This document shows, piece by piece, positions 61,791-64,000 of a stretch of DNA of 64,000 nt (position 1 is its first letter; the number at the start of each line of letters is the position of its first letter). Location of the stretch: positions 5,208,001-5,272,000 of the forward strand of contig JBHGNT010000003.1 of the NCBI GenBank assembly GCA_043228905.1. Direction: 5' to 3'. Origin of the DNA: Azolla caroliniana. Taxonomy: Eukaryota; Plantae; Polypodiophyta. Position numbers and translations under genes: made by a program. The notes under the pieces are model-generated. The model had not been told where the DNA came from. It ran no database searches and saw nothing but the letters and a program-made list of their open reading frames with translations.

Positions 61791-64000
61791 ACTGTCACGA
61801 CCCAAGCTTCGAAGACAAGGTCGATTTCGAAGAAAAGAAGATAATAATAAACAAGAAGACGTTTACAAGACAAAAATACAAGAATTTCTATTACCGGAAA
61901 CCGAGATTACAAGGTTGCTGAAGACTGGTGTTGAACCGGAATGGTTCAACAATAAGCAGATCTTCGACTTATATATTGTACATCAGAATGTGCATGATCG
62001 CCATTTGGCATACATGTTGTGCGCCACTTGGCGTACAAAGTGCATGCCATTTGGCGGTCATCTAATGTGTCTAGTGCTCTAGAGTTCTTGAATAATAATA
62101 ATATGAAAATGTATTTATTAATGAAAATGAGTTGGTGTAATGATTGAAGTGTAAGACCATTGTTTGAAGGTCACAAGTTCAAACCTTGATATTCACATTT
62201 TGTGATTTCGATGTAACAATCAGAGCTAAGAAAGCCCTCATCTCTACAAATGAAAAGCTCCGCCGATCCATTCGTGAAAAGAACCCCGTAAGCCGATTCG
62301 GCTACAACAATTATATGGCATACCATTACGCCTTTATGATGAACGTAGCAATAGTACGGGAGCCGGAAACCTTTTCCGAAGTCGCGAAGGACCCGTGATG
62401 GATCGAAGCAATGAACGAGGAGATGTGTGCATTACGCAAGAACGAGACATGGGATCTCGTTCCCCCCTCACCGTACAAGAAGGCAATCGGTTGCAGATGG
62501 ATCTACAAGGTGAAGTATAACGCCGATGGCTCCGTAAACTGCTACAAAGCTCGACTTGTAGTGAAAGGATACGCTCAGATGCATGACGTCGACTATGAAG
62601 AGACCTTTGCCCCGGTGGCAAAGATGACGACGGTGCGGACCGTGATCGCACTTGCCATAGCAAAAGGGTGGCACCTCCACCAAATGGACTTCAAGAACAC
62701 CCTTCTCCAAGGCGAATTAGAAGAGGAGGTTTTACATGATACAACCACCCGGCTTCAACTCGAGCACCCATCCGAAAGCTGTATGCCGACTCAAGAAACC
62801 ACTCTATAGCCTCAAACAAGCACTGCGTGCTTGGCATTCGAAGATAACGCAATATCTTCATCAAATCGGCTTCCATATGTCAAAATCAGACAACTCCCTC
62901 TACATATGAAGCTATTCCGCAAGTCCGATCGTCATCATCTTATATGTGGATGACCTAGTCATTGGAGTTGAGCATCTCGTCGAAATCAATAAGGTCAAAT
63001 CCCTCGTTTCCGACAAGTTCAAGATGACGGACATGAAGGAGCTCCACTACTTCCTTGGCATCGACGTAATTCGGACTTTGGATGGAATCATGATCTCTCA
63101 ATGTCACTACATCCTCTACTTGTTATACAAGTTCAGAATGGCTGACTGCAAATCAACGGCAACCCCGCTCGATCGCAATCTCAAACTAGATGCGAAATCC
63201 GACACCAAAGCGTGTGAGCCGACTCAGTATTGGCAACTCATCTAGCTCACGATCACACAATCCGATCTCAGTTATCCGGTTGGTCTCCTTAGCCAATTCA
63301 TGCAAACACCGCGTGATACTCACTTGGATTGCGCTAAGCGAGTTCTACGATACGTGAGCGGCACAATGGTTTGGGGCATCCTCTACAAGACCGCGATGCC
63401 AATACGACTCAAGGGGTACATAGACGCCGATTAGGCCGGCTACAAAGCCGATAGAAGATCAACCTCTGGATTTGTTTTCTCCATTGGCAGCAAGCAATAT
63501 CCTAGAGCAACATAAAGTAACCAATCATCGCACTTTCGAGCACAGAGGCGGAATACAGAGACGCGGTAGTGGTTGCATGTGAGGCCGTATGGCTCAAAAG
63601 GATACTCAAGGATCTGGGCGTACCCATCAAGGATCCGACTTCCCTTTACTTTGACAACATGAGTAGTATCTATTTGGCTCGGAACCCGGTGTTCCACGCA
63701 CAGACAAAGCACATCGAAGTACACTATCACTTCATTCGAGAGCGCGTTCTAGCTGGCGATGTCAACCTACAACACATTAGCACCAATCTTCAAATGACCG
63801 ACATCGTCACTAAAGCCTTAGGAGGCGACAAGCTATGGCAATTCATGACCGATCTCAGATTGACGATCCCTAACCTGCCAAGCTTGAGGGGGAGTACTGA
63901 AGACGCTACGCAATAACGCGCAAGCCAAAGCACAGACTTCAAAACTACGAACAACGCAAGCTGGAGCACAGATTTCGCAACTCTGCATAAATGCGAGTCG

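Larger units (their letters stand above)
56581..62205 (-). mobile_element. Ty3/gypsy chromovirus of fungal-like Tcn1 / Tf1-sushi type, decayed
   Basis: LTRs 61793-62205 (outer terminal bases lost) and 56581-56990; PPT AAGGAGGGGATGA next to 56990; domain order gag-PR-RT-RH-INT-chromodomain; no tRNA PBS. Confidence 0.93.
52812..64000 (+). mobile_element. Ty1/copia element (family of 40542) hosting two nested insertions; runs off the right edge
   Basis: LTR ending 53199, PBS tggtatcagag 53200-53210, gag ATG 53351; gag/PR/INT resume at 55094-56580 (IHSDVWGP, PQQNGVAERKN); RT/RH 62206-63916 (RLVVKGY, YVDDL, TKHIEVHYHF). Confidence 0.9.

Noticed and set aside
63886-63900. tgagggggag as PPT followed by a 3' LTR
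   Set aside because: The following sequence does not match the 52812-53199 LTR; the 3' LTR is probably beyond the window.

Overview
This is eukaryotic, transposon-saturated plant nuclear DNA, most likely from a non-seed plant such as a fern or lycophyte (inferred from the TE families and gene types, not proven). Most of the window is nested retroelements: two full-length, decayed sister Ty1/copia (Tnt1/Tork-like) elements with perfect TSDs (19454-24983 minus, 34651-40135 plus), six further truncated copia elements, five solo LTRs, two L1-clade LINEs, and a fungal-type (Tcn1/Tf1-sushi-like) chromovirus (56581-62205) nested in a copia integrase. No host gene is clearly intact. The host-derived content is three divergent TORNADO1-like LRR-ROC-COR (ROCO) paralogs sharing an unannotated N-terminal motif (4169-4330, 7126-10624, 50259-51870), an ankyrin-repeat/PGG transmembrane pseudogene (46430-48330), and an orphan coiled-coil pseudo-ORF. 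The most notable signals are: (i) the ROCO plus ankyrin-TM cluster, which looks like a birth-and-death gene family; (ii) a tRNA-independent self-priming PBS in the chromovirus, with a U3/R hairpin and a tRNA-like Pol III cassette in its LTR; (iii) ENE-like (poly(A) triple-helix) U-rich internal loops in four copia LTR families and in a LINE 3' UTR. All homology calls come from motif recognition by eye; no database search was run.
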